DNA of 64,000 nt from Octopus vulgaris (Eukaryota). The notes under the pieces are model-generated. The model was not told where the DNA came from and did not search any database. It saw only the letters and a list, made by a program, of their open reading frames with translations. The stretch's first letter is position 1. The number at the start of each line of letters is the position of its first letter. The position numbers and the translations under genes were made by a program. Location of the stretch: contig OX597832.1 in assembly GCA_951406725.2 (NCBI GenBank), positions 38,750,001-38,814,000 of the forward strand, written 5' to 3'. Below are positions 42,843 through 56,829 of the stretch, one piece after another.

Positions 42843-44561
42843 AACTACTATTCAGAACTATAAAGCCACATGTTTTTTAAAGTTATTTAGAAATTTAGTT
42901 CTGTATTTAAGTGTAGTAATGGGCATAATATTTTGTAAATGAGTACGTCTGTGAAAACTTTGAAATGTAACCCTTGTACCTTTATTATCACATCACAACG
43001 CCTGATTTTCCAATTTTCCCTAGAATATCATCTCTTCAAAACTATAAAGCCATTAATACATTTTCATTTCTTTCCAGATAGATTCGGAAAATATTCGACT
43101 CAATCGTATTCACCGTGATCCATATTACATTTCCCGTATGCCTAATGCAACAAAGTTTTCCCAAATTGAACAATGGGAGATTCTTGCATTGAAAATGGTA
43201 AGAATGAATAACCTTGGTCGTAATTCGAATTTTCCTGAGATATTAGGACATATTTTCGTGAGATATTTAAAATGACAGCAAAGGTGTAATGAAATGTTGC
43301 TACTGAAGGATGCAACATAATAAGGCCTGAGATTTGGATAAAGAGAGATAGATTCTCAGTCACAGAATTAACAATTCCCAGATGAAATAAATCAAGTAGT
43401 CAGAAAACAACAGGTGTCTAGGTTGGAATTGGAATTGGAAGAGATCGTCAGACCAGTGGCAGGTGAATATTATGGTTAGAAGGAAGAAGAAATTGAACAA
43501 GAAATAATAGCAGAAAGATCATTTAATCACAAACAGAGAAGTAGTAGTGAGTATGAATAAAGAATAAAGAATAATATACAGAAGAGAAAAAGAGAGATTA
43601 TTCCAACGTTTAAATAAGGCGCGATATAGGGATGAAATGAGGTTAATAGCTTTGAGAGGAACTGAAAGGGAAATGATATGCACCTGACCTCATACGTGCA
43701 ACTTCTGCTGGTGTAAAAATTCTTAGAATTAAAAGACGAGTAAAAGAAACAAAATTGGAAAAACCAAAAGCTGAACATGAGAATTGATGATCAACATAAG
43801 CAATTCTAAAGGATTTTTTAAAAAATAAGTGTTATAATTGGGGGGAAAAAAGACGGTAAAGGCAAGAGCATAAGGAAGAGATTGGAAGAAAGCATAGCGT
43901 CAGACAGAGGATGACAGGCTGCTAAAAAAGAGATAAAACAGAGTAAAAATAAATAAGAAATAAAAACAAAATCTAATAAAATACTATATACCAACAAAAA
44001 ATAATTAGTGTCAACAGAAAAAAAACCTTTTCAGAAACAATGAAAGAAAATGTTACCATTATTCTCCGAATGATGAAAATGATTATCCGGGGAATGATAT
44101 ACTAAGTGCTGCAGCAGAAAGGAACTTTTGGTAAGATATTTAGAACAGAAAAATTCTGAAGCAGAGAAGTTTTGGTACATGACATTGGTATAGGATTTTA
44201 AAAATTAAAATGAAAAATAGTTAATTGAGGATATTTGGGAAGGATATTGGATGACTATGTGTGCAAGAGGTCGGAATATTAAATCTGATGGGATACCACA
44301 AAATGATATCGTCAGATGACTGAGAGGTATATGTGCGTATCTCGGGGTGATGTAGGATGATAAAATAATGGAAAGAGTAATGAGTAAGTCTCCATGGAAC
44401 ACAAGGTGTTGCTGTTGTCGTTGTTGTCGTCGTCTTTGCAAGTAGCCTAAATGCTTAAGACATTCTTGTTTTTATCTATTGTCCATTTTTTTCGTTTTAA
44501 TACTATTTCATCTGTGTTTTGAGATTTTTGTTGCTATTCCAGTATTCACTTATGTAGCATA

Positions 44562-44983
44562 CTCTTTTACTCTTTTACTCTTTTACTTGTTTCAGTCATT
44601 TGACTGCGGCCATGCTGGAGCACCGTCTTTAGTCGAGCAAATCGACCCCGGGACTTATTCTTTGTAAGCCCAGTACTTATTCTATCGGTCTGTTTTGCCG
44701 AACCAGCTAAGTGACGGGGACGTAAACACACCAGCATCGGTTGTCAAGCAATGCTAGGGGGACAAACACAGACACACAAACACATACACACACATACAAA
44801 TACATATATATACATATATACAACAGGCTTCTTTCAGTTTCCGTCTATCAAATCCACTCACAGGGCATTGGTCGGCCCGAGGCTATAGCAGAAGACACTT
44901 GCCCAAGATGCCACGCAGTGGGACTGAACCCTGAACCATGTGGTTGGTTAGCAAGCTACTTACCACACAGCCACTCCTGCGCC
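44562..44983 (-). mobile_element. SINE family B, full length
   Basis: Reverse complement of 24880-25297. Confidence 0.92.
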
Positions 44984-45257
44984 TGTGTTTGTTTGGAAAA
45001 CATTTTGGGTGTAAAAAATATTTTTTTTCGTAAACAAATATATTTTAAAAGTTTGTAAACAAGATATTTCTTTTGTTGTCTCTCACCGGTATTAGTGGAA
45101 GACTCTTCAGGTAATTTTACCGCTTTGTTTGCAAGTGCTTCTCCAAAATTTCATTTGCTGCTGTTTAAATAATTCATGTTTCGAAGAGAAAAGATACACA
45201 GTATCTTCACTCTACAAGAGTCAAATATGATAATGATAATGATGGCGATGATGATAA

Positions 45258-45290
<33 letters not shown>

Positions 45291-45291
45291 A

Positions 45292-45349
<58 letters not shown>

Positions 45350-45354
45350 AAATA

Positions 45355-45960
45355 GACAGAGTAAAGACTTTGTCTTAGCAGCTCAAGAACAAAGCTAATT
45401 GGCCCGGAATTACCAAGTCAATGTGATGAAAAATGGAGTAGAACCAAAGTACCGATTGTACAATGATGAGATTGAAACAGTGTACCAACTAATCTCTGGC
45501 AGTAAAGGTTTAGCATCTATAGAGTATTAACAGAGGTTAATATGTCGGCATTATAAAATAAAAACTGTCGACAATTGGTATAAGCACCACTGTGAGGCCG
45601 TAACTGAGGGAGAAAATGTTATGATTCTTTGGGACTTCCAGCACACAAAGACAGAACCGTCAAAGTTAAACCGGATATTGCTGTGAAAAACTAAAACAAT
45701 AAAGTTTGTTTATTGATCGACATGAATATTTCTTGGGATCATAATATCTCGGGAAAAGAATTTGACACGCTCAGAAAATTGCTCATTGAAATCGAAAAAA
45801 TGTGGCATCCGAAGGCGGTGAAAAGACCCATGATTGTAGGAGCACCTGGAATGATCATAAAAAAAGGGAGTGAAAATTATTTGTGAATGATCCCTCGCTT
45901 ACCATACATGCAAGTAGTGCAAAAGATCGTTTTAACTGGTACGTTAGACGTATTGAGCAT
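45355..45960 (+). mobile_element. RLE-type LINE remnant
   Basis: FVLAAQEQ...WYKH...ILWDF...KPDIAVK...LIEIEKMWH. Confidence 0.82.
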
Positions 45961-46144
45961 GTTCGTTGTGAGAACGTTCCCAACCCTTCTAAATTATTTT
46001 CTTTCACATAAACTCCTTTGATTTTGAACATGAACAATATGACGTGTTTAGTTAAATGGCATATCAGTGTATACGGTGAGTATCTTTGCCCTATGTATCG
46101 GGAAAGCACTCGACTAGAAATGGAAACAAAACTGAAATAATAAT

Positions 46145-46177
<33 letters not shown>

Positions 46178-46309
46178 AAGAAGAAGAAGAAGAAGAAGAA
46201 GAAGAAGAGAAGTAGAAGAAGAAGAAGAAGAAGAAGAAGAAGAAGAAGAAGAAGAAGAAGAACAACAACAACAACAACAACAACAACAAGTGAACAACTT
46301 CGACGGTTT

Positions 46310-46600
46310 GATGTGAAAAATACGAAGGTTCTGGGCAATGAAGAGAGTAGGCGTGATACCAATAGTAATTGGCGCACCTGGGAGTGTCAGCACTCAACTA
46401 GCAACGTGGCTCAAAAGAATTGGTACAAATGTAAAGGTAGAACACCTACAAAAATCAGCATTGCTAGGAACTGCAAGAATTCTTCGCGTGGTTCTTGAAG
46501 CAGGACTAGTAAAAATGTGTCACCTTAGTCTGCTGACTGTGGACAGCTGACACTTTCCATTATACCCAATAAAAATAAGCTGAGAGTTTTCATCAAATAA
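46310..46600 (+). mobile_element. RLE-type LINE 3' end with (AAT) tail
   Basis: VIPIVIGAPGSV...HLQKSALLGTARILRVVLE. Confidence 0.85.
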
Positions 46601-46802
46601 TAATAATCTTTTATACGATAGGTACAACCCCTAAAATTCTGAGGGATGGGGCTTGTCGGGATTATATCAACCCCAGTACGTAACTGGTACTTATATTATC
46701 GAACCAGAAAGGGTTGAAAGGCAAAGTCGACCTCGGAAAAATTTGAACTCATACGTAAAGACGGAAAAAATGCAACAAGGCATTCTGCCCAGCTTGCTAG
46801 CC

Positions 46803-46804
<2 letters not shown>

Positions 46805-46869
<65 letters not shown>

Positions 46870-46967
46870 TGATGATGATGATGATGATGATGATAATGAG
46901 GATGATGATGATGATGATGATGATGATAATGATAATGATGATGATAATAATAATAATAATAATAATA

Positions 46968-47014
<47 letters not shown>

Positions 47015-47079
47015 TAATAATAATAATAATGATGATGATGATAATGATGATGATGATAATGATAATAATGATGATAATA

Positions 47080-47121
<42 letters not shown>

Positions 47122-47139
47122 CTGCTGCTGCTGATGATG

Positions 47140-47175
<36 letters not shown>

Positions 47176-47220
47176 TTAATAATAATAATAATAATGATGA
47201 TGATGATGATGATGATGATG

Positions 47221-47287
<67 letters not shown>

Positions 47288-47307
47288 TGATGCTGATGAT
47301 GATGATG

Positions 47308-47340
<33 letters not shown>

Positions 47341-47352
47341 GTAATAATAATA

Positions 47353-47423
<71 letters not shown>

Positions 47424-47439
47424 CATGATGATGATGATG

Positions 47440-47527
<88 letters not shown>
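46805..47527. repeat. (AAT)/(GAT)n compound microsatellite
   Basis: Directly visible. Confidence 0.98.
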
Positions 47528-47528
<1 letters not shown>

Positions 47529-48026
47529 TGGCTAGATTGTATAAAGGGAAAAGAGATAAAATCCTAATCCCTCTCTCATTTATAACTTCACAGCTTTAAA
47601 GACCTATGTTGTAATTAATAAACAATTCCGAACTGCTGGTGGTGGGGTTTAGGGTCGGTGTACGCGAAGTTTAATGTATTATTTATAAGATAGATTTCAG
47701 AACTATTTGCTAGCATTATTCTCCCAACACTGCAGCGTTTCTGATGGAATTGTAGAGTTCTTTAGAAAATCACATCCTCGTGAAACAATTCAACGAGTTG
47801 CCAATAACATTATTGAAGTAGGTTCTTGGACAAAAGCTCTTACATACGGAAGTGGAAAGCACAAACCAATGAAGGATGCACATATACATATATATATATA
47901 AATATACATACATATATATATATATACATATACATACATATATATATATATATACATACATATATATATACATACATATACATACATACATACATACATA
48001 TACATACATACATACATACATACATA

Positions 48027-48062
<36 letters not shown>

Positions 48063-48113
48063 TACATACATATATATATACATACATACATACATACATA
48101 TATACATACATAC

Positions 48114-48152
<39 letters not shown>

Positions 48153-48787
48153 ATACATACATAGATACATATACATACATACATACATATATATACATAT
48201 GTATGTATGTATATATATACATACATATACATATATACATACATACATATTTATATATACATATATATATATATACATATATACATATACATATATACAT
48301 AGATATATATATATACATATATATATATACATACATATATATAAATATATACATATATATATATACATATATATATACATATATATATATACATATATAT
48401 ACACACTTATATCTGTATGTGTATGTATGCGTATGAGTCAGTGCGTGCATGTTGCATACGTACGCGCAAACACATATACACATTATGCCCAGTATTTGCC
48501 TTTGTATGCACATTCAGTTAATATTCAATACAAGTGTGTTTAAATCGGTATTGTTGTGTGTGTATATATACACATGCACAAGCAAACGAAAACAGAATGC
48601 GCGCGCATATTAGGTATAAGTAGAGAAATGTATTGTGACAGAAGAAAGTAAACGCATTATAACGATGTGCATATGTATGTATATATGCATATATATATAT
48701 GTATATATACACACGTTTATGAATGTGTGTTGCAAAGATATAGATAGAAAGTCCTTGGTACAGTATTATATATTTTTCCAAAGATGC

Positions 48788-48841
<54 letters not shown>

Positions 48842-48905
48842 ATAAGTGCATACACACAGATGTATTTATGTATGTATAAACCCATTTATATACACACACA
48901 CACAC

Positions 48906-48937
<32 letters not shown>

Positions 48938-49076
48938 ACCTATAAACATATACATATATATATTCATATACATACTTATACATACAAATATATTGGATAC
49001 ATTATTAATCATATTATATGTATATATATATACAAAAACGCAGAAATGCACATACATATATGTGAACGTATGTTTG

Positions 49077-49116
<40 letters not shown>

Positions 49117-49755
49117 ACCTCTTATACAAAGCATATTATTTTTAATCTGTTATTGTTAAGAAAATATGAAAACATTCAACGTGGAACCTTCAATAAGCTG
49201 TCTTCATATCACCATTAGATAAAAATTGAAAAATAAAACGCATTGTTTAGGCTACATTATAAAAGGAACGCATAAAGGTTTTAACAGAGCGATGTCTCCA
49301 TAATGGCTGAGAGAAACTCGTTAAACGTGCGTTTGGCTAAGGGATGGGAGAGGACTGTTTTTCTAAGTGCCATGTCAGATAAGCACAATAGACAGAATAC
49401 ACATAAAGCAAAATGGCCTCATTTATAAAGTATTGAACTGATCAACACATGGGTCATGATTTCAAACAGCTCCTCCGTCTTTCCGTTTTGTTTTCTAAGC
49501 CAGAACAACAATATATTTTTACCTTTTTTTTTCTAATTTTGGCACAAATCTTGAAATTTAGGAGAGGATCCAAGTCGAGCACATCGACCCCAGCTTTATA
49601 TTGGTACTTATTTTATTGTCCCGGAAAGGATGAAAAGGAACTCAGATCATTAAGAGCTGGAAGAAAGAGTTCAAATTTTGGCATACGGCCAGCAGTTTCA
49701 GAGAAGAGTAGTCAATCATATCAACCCCAATGTTCACCTAGTACTTATTTTATTG

Positions 49756-50010
49756 GAAGGCGCGTGGTTTAATGGTTAGGATGTTGGGCTCGTGATTGTA
49801 AGATTGTGGTTTCGATTCCTGGACCGGGCAACGCGTTATGTTCTTGAGCAAAACACTTCATTTCAAGTTACTCCAGACCAGTAAGCTTGCAAAAATGAGT
49901 AATCCTGCGACGGACTAGCATCCAGTCCAGCCGGGGAATATATACGCAACGGAAACCAGAAAATCGGCCCTTATGAGTCGGTATGGCTCGAGAAGCTAAC
50001 TTTACTTTAC
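49756..50010 (+). mobile_element. SINE family E
   Basis: ggcgcgtggtttaatggttagg...ggtttcgattcctggaccggg head; matches 10207-10451. Confidence 0.85.
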
Positions 50011-50423
50011 TTATTTTATTGACCTCGAAAGGATAAATAGCAAAGTCAACATCAGCTGGATATGAATTCAAATCGTAAAGAACTGGAAGAAGTGTTGCTG
50101 AGCCTTTTCCCAACGCACTAATGATCAAGTCAGCTCTTCTTTCACCACAATAATATTTTACACAATGACTGATTTTGAAGGCGTGAAAGCTGTCGAACCG
50201 TTACAGATTTGAATCAGAAGTTTTTGAATCAAAGCCAGTTTTTTTTCCGGTTCTCTTGTCTTTGGATTAAATGTTGCCAAGATGAAGTTGGACTTTTTTT
50301 ATCCAGTCAGGGATAATAATAGTTTCGAACTTTTGGCACCCTGCCAAGGACTTTGGGAGAAGAGGTAAGTCCGTTGCATCAACCCTGGGCGCAGTTTAAA
50401 TGAATCAAACATATATATATATC

Positions 50424-50727
50424 TGGCTCAGTGGTGAGAGCGTCGAGCTTGCGATTATGAGGTTGTGAGTTCGAATCCCGGACCGGGCTGCGTGTTGTGT
50501 TCTTGAGCAAGACACTTTATTTCACATTGCTCCAGTTCACTCAGCTGTAGAAATGCGTCGCGACGTCACAGGTGCCAAGCTGTATCGGCCCCTTTGCCTT
50601 TCCCTTGGATAACACTGGTGGCGTGGAGAGGAGAGGCTGGCATGCATGAGTGACTGCTGGTCTTCCATAAAACAACTTTGCCCGGACTTGTGTCAATCCC
50701 ACGGTCAGTCATGACCGAAGGGGGTCT
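50424..50727 (+). mobile_element. SINE family D
   Basis: tggctcagtggtgagagcg...gagttcgaatcccgg A/B boxes; matches 17535-17866. Confidence 0.88.
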
Positions 50728-52329
50728 CAAAAACGATTCTGCCACCTCGCCGCCACTGCTCAGACAGCGATGGCGTTGTTGGGGCAAGCGAACCTATCGG
50801 TTACCAAGGAAAACTTAGTAAGAGAGTAGGAGGAGCTACTTGACTGGTATGCAGCCCGTAAGTTTAATTTTGTTTCAAGCAAAACGGCTTCGCTCATTCC
50901 TTAGTACAATATATGTTTCTTAGTATTAACTAGTATATCGTCCTTGTAGCCATCACACAACAATATTGTGGAAAACGCTTTCCTAAGCTTGCGCTAACGT
51001 GATACAACTATACATTTCAATTGGCTGTTAACGAGAAGAAAAAATACTTTAAGTATTTTTGATGTTCTGGAAAATCAAACGAGTTTTGATGATCAAACGA
51101 AAAATGATGGTTGTGGATTTTTGCTGACATCGGAACATTCGAATTCCCCCACACCCTTTTTTTACTATAAGTATTTCTTTACACTTTACTATTTACTGAA
51201 CTTCATTCTAAGGTACCGTGAAAGAAATATATGGATTCCTATCTAACTACTTTATCGTTGAACAAACACTAGCAAAATTTCAAGAAATAAAAATTACCTA
51301 AATTTGATGGAATTAGTATTTTTGTCTCCCTTCTCCTAGACAAAGAGAGAAATTTTTAGCTCAAGAAAGCAAAAATAAAAATAAAAATTCCTTGAAGTAT
51401 TTGAGAAAGATTGATTTAGGTCAATAAAAAATTGAAATTTATCGAGCTTTTAGGCTGCAAAAAAAAGAAAGAAGACTTTTTCTCTTAATTTGGTTTCTCA
51501 GCAAAAGATTTCAAAAATGTAACCATACATCAATCTTTTTTTAATTTTGCTACTCCCGAATTCGAAATGGCTGTTTTTTGTTATCCTAACAAATATTGAA
51601 CCAAGACTGATATCGTAGAGCTCCATAAATATTGATTAAAAATTGATATAGGATGGTGTTTCAAAGCACATAAGCTTTTAATCTTAACTTCATGTATTTT
51701 AGCTTTGTAGAGCGATGTTTTGCTGTGCTAAAAATCTAAAACATATCTATGTAATTCCCGCAGTCGGGACAAGCTAACAAAAAGGAAAGCAGAACGCCCT
51801 CAAGTGGTTAAGTAAACCGATCCTTGATGCTGCAGGGCTGTTTTCGAACCTGCGCTTATTAGTTTTAAAGTGAAATACCTCAGAGTGGCCTGTGGAACGT
51901 ATCTGGATAATATAAAAATGGCGAATAAGAGCATATCAAATAACATACAAAACAATTCTTAGTTTATTGAAACCATCTCTGCTTCCAGAGAAGGTAATAC
52001 GATTGCGTTGTGGCAATTGGGATGCACTCCAATTAAGAAAGGAAGAAAAATCCCAAGAATTGAGAATTTCTTAAATTCATCATTTCATTAAGGAAAAAGA
52101 ACATGATCGAATTTTTTTAGAAATTTGAGGACAGCTCTGACACATACTTTTGCCTCAAGAAACGTCAACAGCACAGCAGTTGTCTTATCTTATCGCCAAC
52201 AGACGAGACCGTTAGAAAGTAAAAAAAAAAGAGTGCCCCCCACCCACCGCTTGACAACCGGTGTAGGTTTGTTTATGTCGCTTTAACTTAGCGGTGCTCT
52301 TCAGTAAAAGAGACCGGAAGTACCATCTT

Positions 52330-52605
52330 TTATTTTTTATTTGTTTCAATCATTATACTGTGGTCATGCTGGGGCATTGCCTCGTTGAACATTTTAGTGG
52401 TATAAATCGACCCCAGTATTTTTATAAGCCTGGTACTAATTCTATCGGACGCTTTTAGCCGAACCGCTAATTTGCATGGACGTAAACAAAAACTGGTTAT
52501 GAAGCAGTGATGGGGGGGGTACGACAAAGACAGACACACACACACTGGCACGCACACACACAAACACACATATACACACACACAAACACATACACACACA
52601 CACAA

Positions 52606-52664
<59 letters not shown>

Positions 52665-52790
52665 ACGAGCTTCTTTCATTTTCCATCTACGAAATCTACT
52701 CACAAGGCTTTGGACATTTGCCAAAGGTGACACGCAGTGAGATTGAACCTCGAATAATGTGGTTGGGAAGCAAGCTTCTTACTACGCAGC
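52330..52790 (-). mobile_element. Diverged SINE family B, flanked by plus-strand SINE B pieces (52240-52320, 52820-52900)
   Basis: catgctggggcattgcc...gccgaaccgctaa...aaatctactcacaaggctttgg. Confidence 0.7.
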
Positions 52791-53648
52791 CAGCTTAAAA
52801 ATTAAGAACAGAGAGCGATTCGTATGACTGAAAACATTTCAAGGCGGTGCTCCTGTATGGCCGCAGTCTAATGACTGAACTGAATAAAAGATAAAAGATA
52901 TCTTGATTAAATAATCTTGCTTTTTGCCTGCGTTGAAGTGCGAACTGTCTCATAAGAATGAAAGAATTCTATCAAAACTGGATTTCTTTGGAATTGCGTT
53001 CATTTATGTATCTTAGGCATGCATTTCATCAAATTTCCTTTTTATATTTCTTCGTTCATTTTTTATTACGAATTTTCTGTATTTTCGATGAGTTATCAAT
53101 AACAACTGATGCAGAATTGACGCACAGACAAATCACACAGACAAACAAACAAACAAACACATTTGACAGACGATCGGACAGGGACAGACAGATAAAGAGA
53201 GAGAGAAACACAGAGAGAGAAAGGGGTAGGGAAGAAACTGAAGTAACATAAAATAGCTATTTGAATTTACGCGACGTAATTCAGCCTCATCGAAATTTTT
53301 GTGAAAGTTTTGACAAGAATTGTGACAAGAGATTCATGACCCGACGTCATATCTCTGTCATTTTTACGATCTGTATTACCACTCCACGACTCTCTCACTT
53401 CCCCAAACTCTCTTTTAATTCACTGACATCCAGAGAAAAGTTGATTATTTGTTTATTTAATGATTTTAAAGATTTGTTTTAATTATTTCTCTCATGTTTT
53501 TGTTTTTTTTTTAGTTCTGGCATAATTTTCTGGTTTTTGTTTATGTTTCCATTTCTAATATCTAAAACGAAGATGTTTTCTTCCGGTCTATGGAGGTTTT
53601 ACACAAACACACACGCACACACGCACACACGCACACGCGAGCAAACAC

Positions 53649-53699
<51 letters not shown>

Positions 53700-53849
53700 C
53701 ATATATATGTGGAGCGAGAGAGAGAGAGAGAGAGAGGGGGAGAGGGAGGAAGAGAAGTGAATGAGAAAGAAGGGGAGTGAAAGAATAATCAATAAATGGA
53801 GAGGAGGAAATAGAGCAAAAAGTCATATGATGGAAGTGAGGAGAGAGGA

Positions 53850-53882
<33 letters not shown>

Positions 53883-53886
53883 AATA

Positions 53887-53926
<40 letters not shown>

Positions 53927-54124
53927 AAAACCGAAAGACCGTTACAGTGAGAGAGAAAGAGAGTGTGAGAGGGAGATAGAGAGAGATAGAGATAGGGAGT
54001 CGTAGTGACAAACAGACAGCCTTCGATCTTTCGATCTCACGACTTGTTACCTGAGGTAAATATAGTGTATCCCACACCGTCAGTGACTAATGACTTTTGA
54101 GTGGGATTCCGCAGACGGAAATCC

Positions 54125-54236
54125 TTCTTTTTCTTTCTTTCTCTCTCGCTTTCTTTCTTTCTTTCTTTCTCGCTTTCTTTCTTTCTTGCTTTCTTTCTTT
54201 CTCGCTTTCTTTCTTTCTCGCTTTCTTTCTTTCTTG

Positions 54237-54268
<32 letters not shown>

Positions 54269-54760
54269 TTTCTTTCTTTCTCGCTTTCTTTCTTTCTTGC
54301 TTTCTTTCTTTCTCGCTTTCTTTCTTTCTTGCTTTCTTTCTTTCTTTCTTTCTTTCTCGCTTTCTTTCTTTCTTGCTTTCTTTCTTTCTTTCTTTCTTTC
54401 TTTCTCGCTTTCTTTCTTTCTCGCTTTCTTTCTTTCTTGCTTTCTTTCTTTCTCGCTTTCTTTCTTTCTCGCTTTCTTTCTTTCTTGCTTTCTTTCTTTC
54501 TTTCTTTCTTTCTTTCTCGCTTTCTTTCTTTCTCGCTTTCTTTCTTTCTTGCTTTCTTTCTTTCTCGCTTTATTTCCTTCTTGCTTTCTTTCTTTCTTTC
54601 TTTCTTTCTTTCTCGCTTTCTTTCTTTCTTTCTTTCTCGCTTTCTTTCTTTCTCGCTTTCTTTCTTTCTTGCTTTCTTTCTTTCTCGCTTTATTTCCTTC
54701 TTGCTTTCTTTCTTTCTTTCTTTCTTTCTCGTTTTCTTTCCTTCTTGCTTTCTTTCTTGG
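54125..54760. repeat. (TTTC)n-derived polypyrimidine array with higher-order variants
   Basis: Alternating tctcgc and tcttgc interruptions; block ctcgctttatttccttcttgc occurs twice. Confidence 0.95.
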
Positions 54761-55328
54761 TTTCTTTTTGTTTCTCTCTCTCTTTATACACACATATAAA
54801 CGCAAACGCATATATTTCCACACACACACACATACATAGATGCACAAGCATGTACTTGAGAGCATGTGTATGTGGGTATGTGTGTGTGTGTGTGTGTGTT
54901 GTATTTGTCTCAGCACTGTTCTGTTGATCGGATCAACTGGAACTCTTGCTGTCGCAACCAACGGAGCACCAGTGATAGATAGTCAACGAGCGGCGCGTTG
55001 TGTTCTTGAGCAAAACACTTCATTTCACGCTGCTGCCGTCCATTCAGAAGTACACTGTAATCAGCGATGTATAACATCCAACAGCCTGGTCGATACTGTA
55101 ATGTACGTATGTGTGTATGCACACGAACATGTACACACACATGCACACACTCACACACATTCACACACACATATAGGTGTAGATTGATAGCAAGGCTCTT
55201 GGCTTAGTGGTTAGGGTATTCGGCTCACGATTCTAAGGATGTGAGTTCGATTCCCGGCAGCAGGTTGTGTCCAAGCTCTTCAGTTGATCGGATCAACTAG
55301 AACCCTCGTCGTCGTAACAGACGGAGCG

Positions 55329-55404
<76 letters not shown>

Positions 55405-56627
55405 GTATATATAATGTGTCTGTGTGTCTTCGAGCCCGTGTTGATTTCTGTAAATTACCGGTTCGTAAAAAAGGGTTTGATAGAATGAGTACCATTACAA
55501 AAATGAGTACTGGGGTCGATCTATTCGACCAAAACCTTTCAAGGTCCTACCTTACAATACCCGCAGTCCAATGTCTGAAACAAATAAAAGAAGAATATGA
55601 ATGTATGTATTTATTGTCTGCGAGAGTGAGAGAGCAAAATGAAACCAACAAACGAACAGAGAAAAAAGGGAAATTTATAAATATTCAGGAACAAACACAC
55701 ACACACACACATGCACACACAAATATATATTTATATATATACATTTGTGCGTCTGTGTATGTAAGCAACAAAAGTAAGTGTGCGATTGAAGTGATGAAGT
55801 GTTACATCTATAATAGCAATAATTAGCAATAGAATCTAGAAATATCTATTGAATGAAAGTCAAATTTCTAAAGACATTTCGCGAAAATAATGAAACATAT
55901 CATTGAATGTGGCCAGATAAAATGGTCGTCGGTATTGTGAAGCAATGAGGCCTATATTATCAGTGATATCATCATTATAATATCTATTTTATTTGCCATT
56001 CTCCATTAATTCATCTGGAAGATTGAAACATTAATATACCTTAGAACATTAAAATATCTTAAAACGGATGCGAGTTCGTAAAACGGAACAATTGACGTAA
56101 TTAGCTAGACAATAACAATTTTTCGTTCATTTTGGATGCTGTCAGTTAACAGTAAAATTTTGTTTTTCTGACGCTTCAAACGGAGCAATAGAAGCATTGA
56201 TGGTTCTAATGACATTAAGGAACACTGAAATTTGTTCTTCGATTTATATTTTTGTTGTTTTTGTCTTGTTTGTAGCTTAGGATCTTCCCTGTCCCCTTGC
56301 CCCGATTTAAGTGTTTTATGTCACTGATATTGATGGGAAGGGCCTAACAATCGCGATAACGGGCTTCCTTTCTAAAGCATCAGATTGTATATACACAAAC
56401 ATAATGCAACAGGAGCAAGGCTTCAGTGGGCTGTCTTGGAGAATATATGGAAAGACAAACACACACACATACGCACACACACACATACACACATAAACAC
56501 ATACATGCATACACACACATATATATATGTATGCATCTATATATACACATACACATTTATATGTATAAGCATATATATACACACAAGCTTTTACATGAGT
56601 CGCTCCATATTATCCGGCCATATCGTA

Positions 56628-56665
<38 letters not shown>

Positions 56666-56692
56666 TTTATTTAAAGAAGCAGAAAATTCAAC

Positions 56693-56739
56693 AAAACCTG
56701 TTACTCTAAGTTTCACGTTGCCGTTCATCGGACAGTTTT
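56693..56739 (-). ncRNA. Type I hammerhead motif, U4C core
   Basis: Minus strand aaaaCTGT-CCGATGA-ACG-gcaa-CGT-GAAA-CT-tag-AG-TA-ACAGgtttt; GUA site between 56702 and 56701. Confidence 0.8.
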
Positions 56740-56742
56740 TGC

Positions 56743-56778
<36 letters not shown>

Positions 56779-56829
56779 TGTATGTATGTATATGTCTTAG
56801 GGCATAACTTTACAATACATCCGATAGTG

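Noticed and set aside
43100-44400. Purine-rich stretch with a YLGV.DD-like motif, possibly an ancient LINE
   Set aside because: Too decayed to support from one motif.
47736-47796. CTGATGG...GAAACAATTC with cgtt/aacg flanks
   Set aside because: Stems II and III do not pair convincingly.
49278-49326. tttaac...TCTC/GAGA-GAAA...gttaaa three-way-junction-like fold
   Set aside because: The core segment AGAGCGA does not match CUGANGA and stem III is missing.
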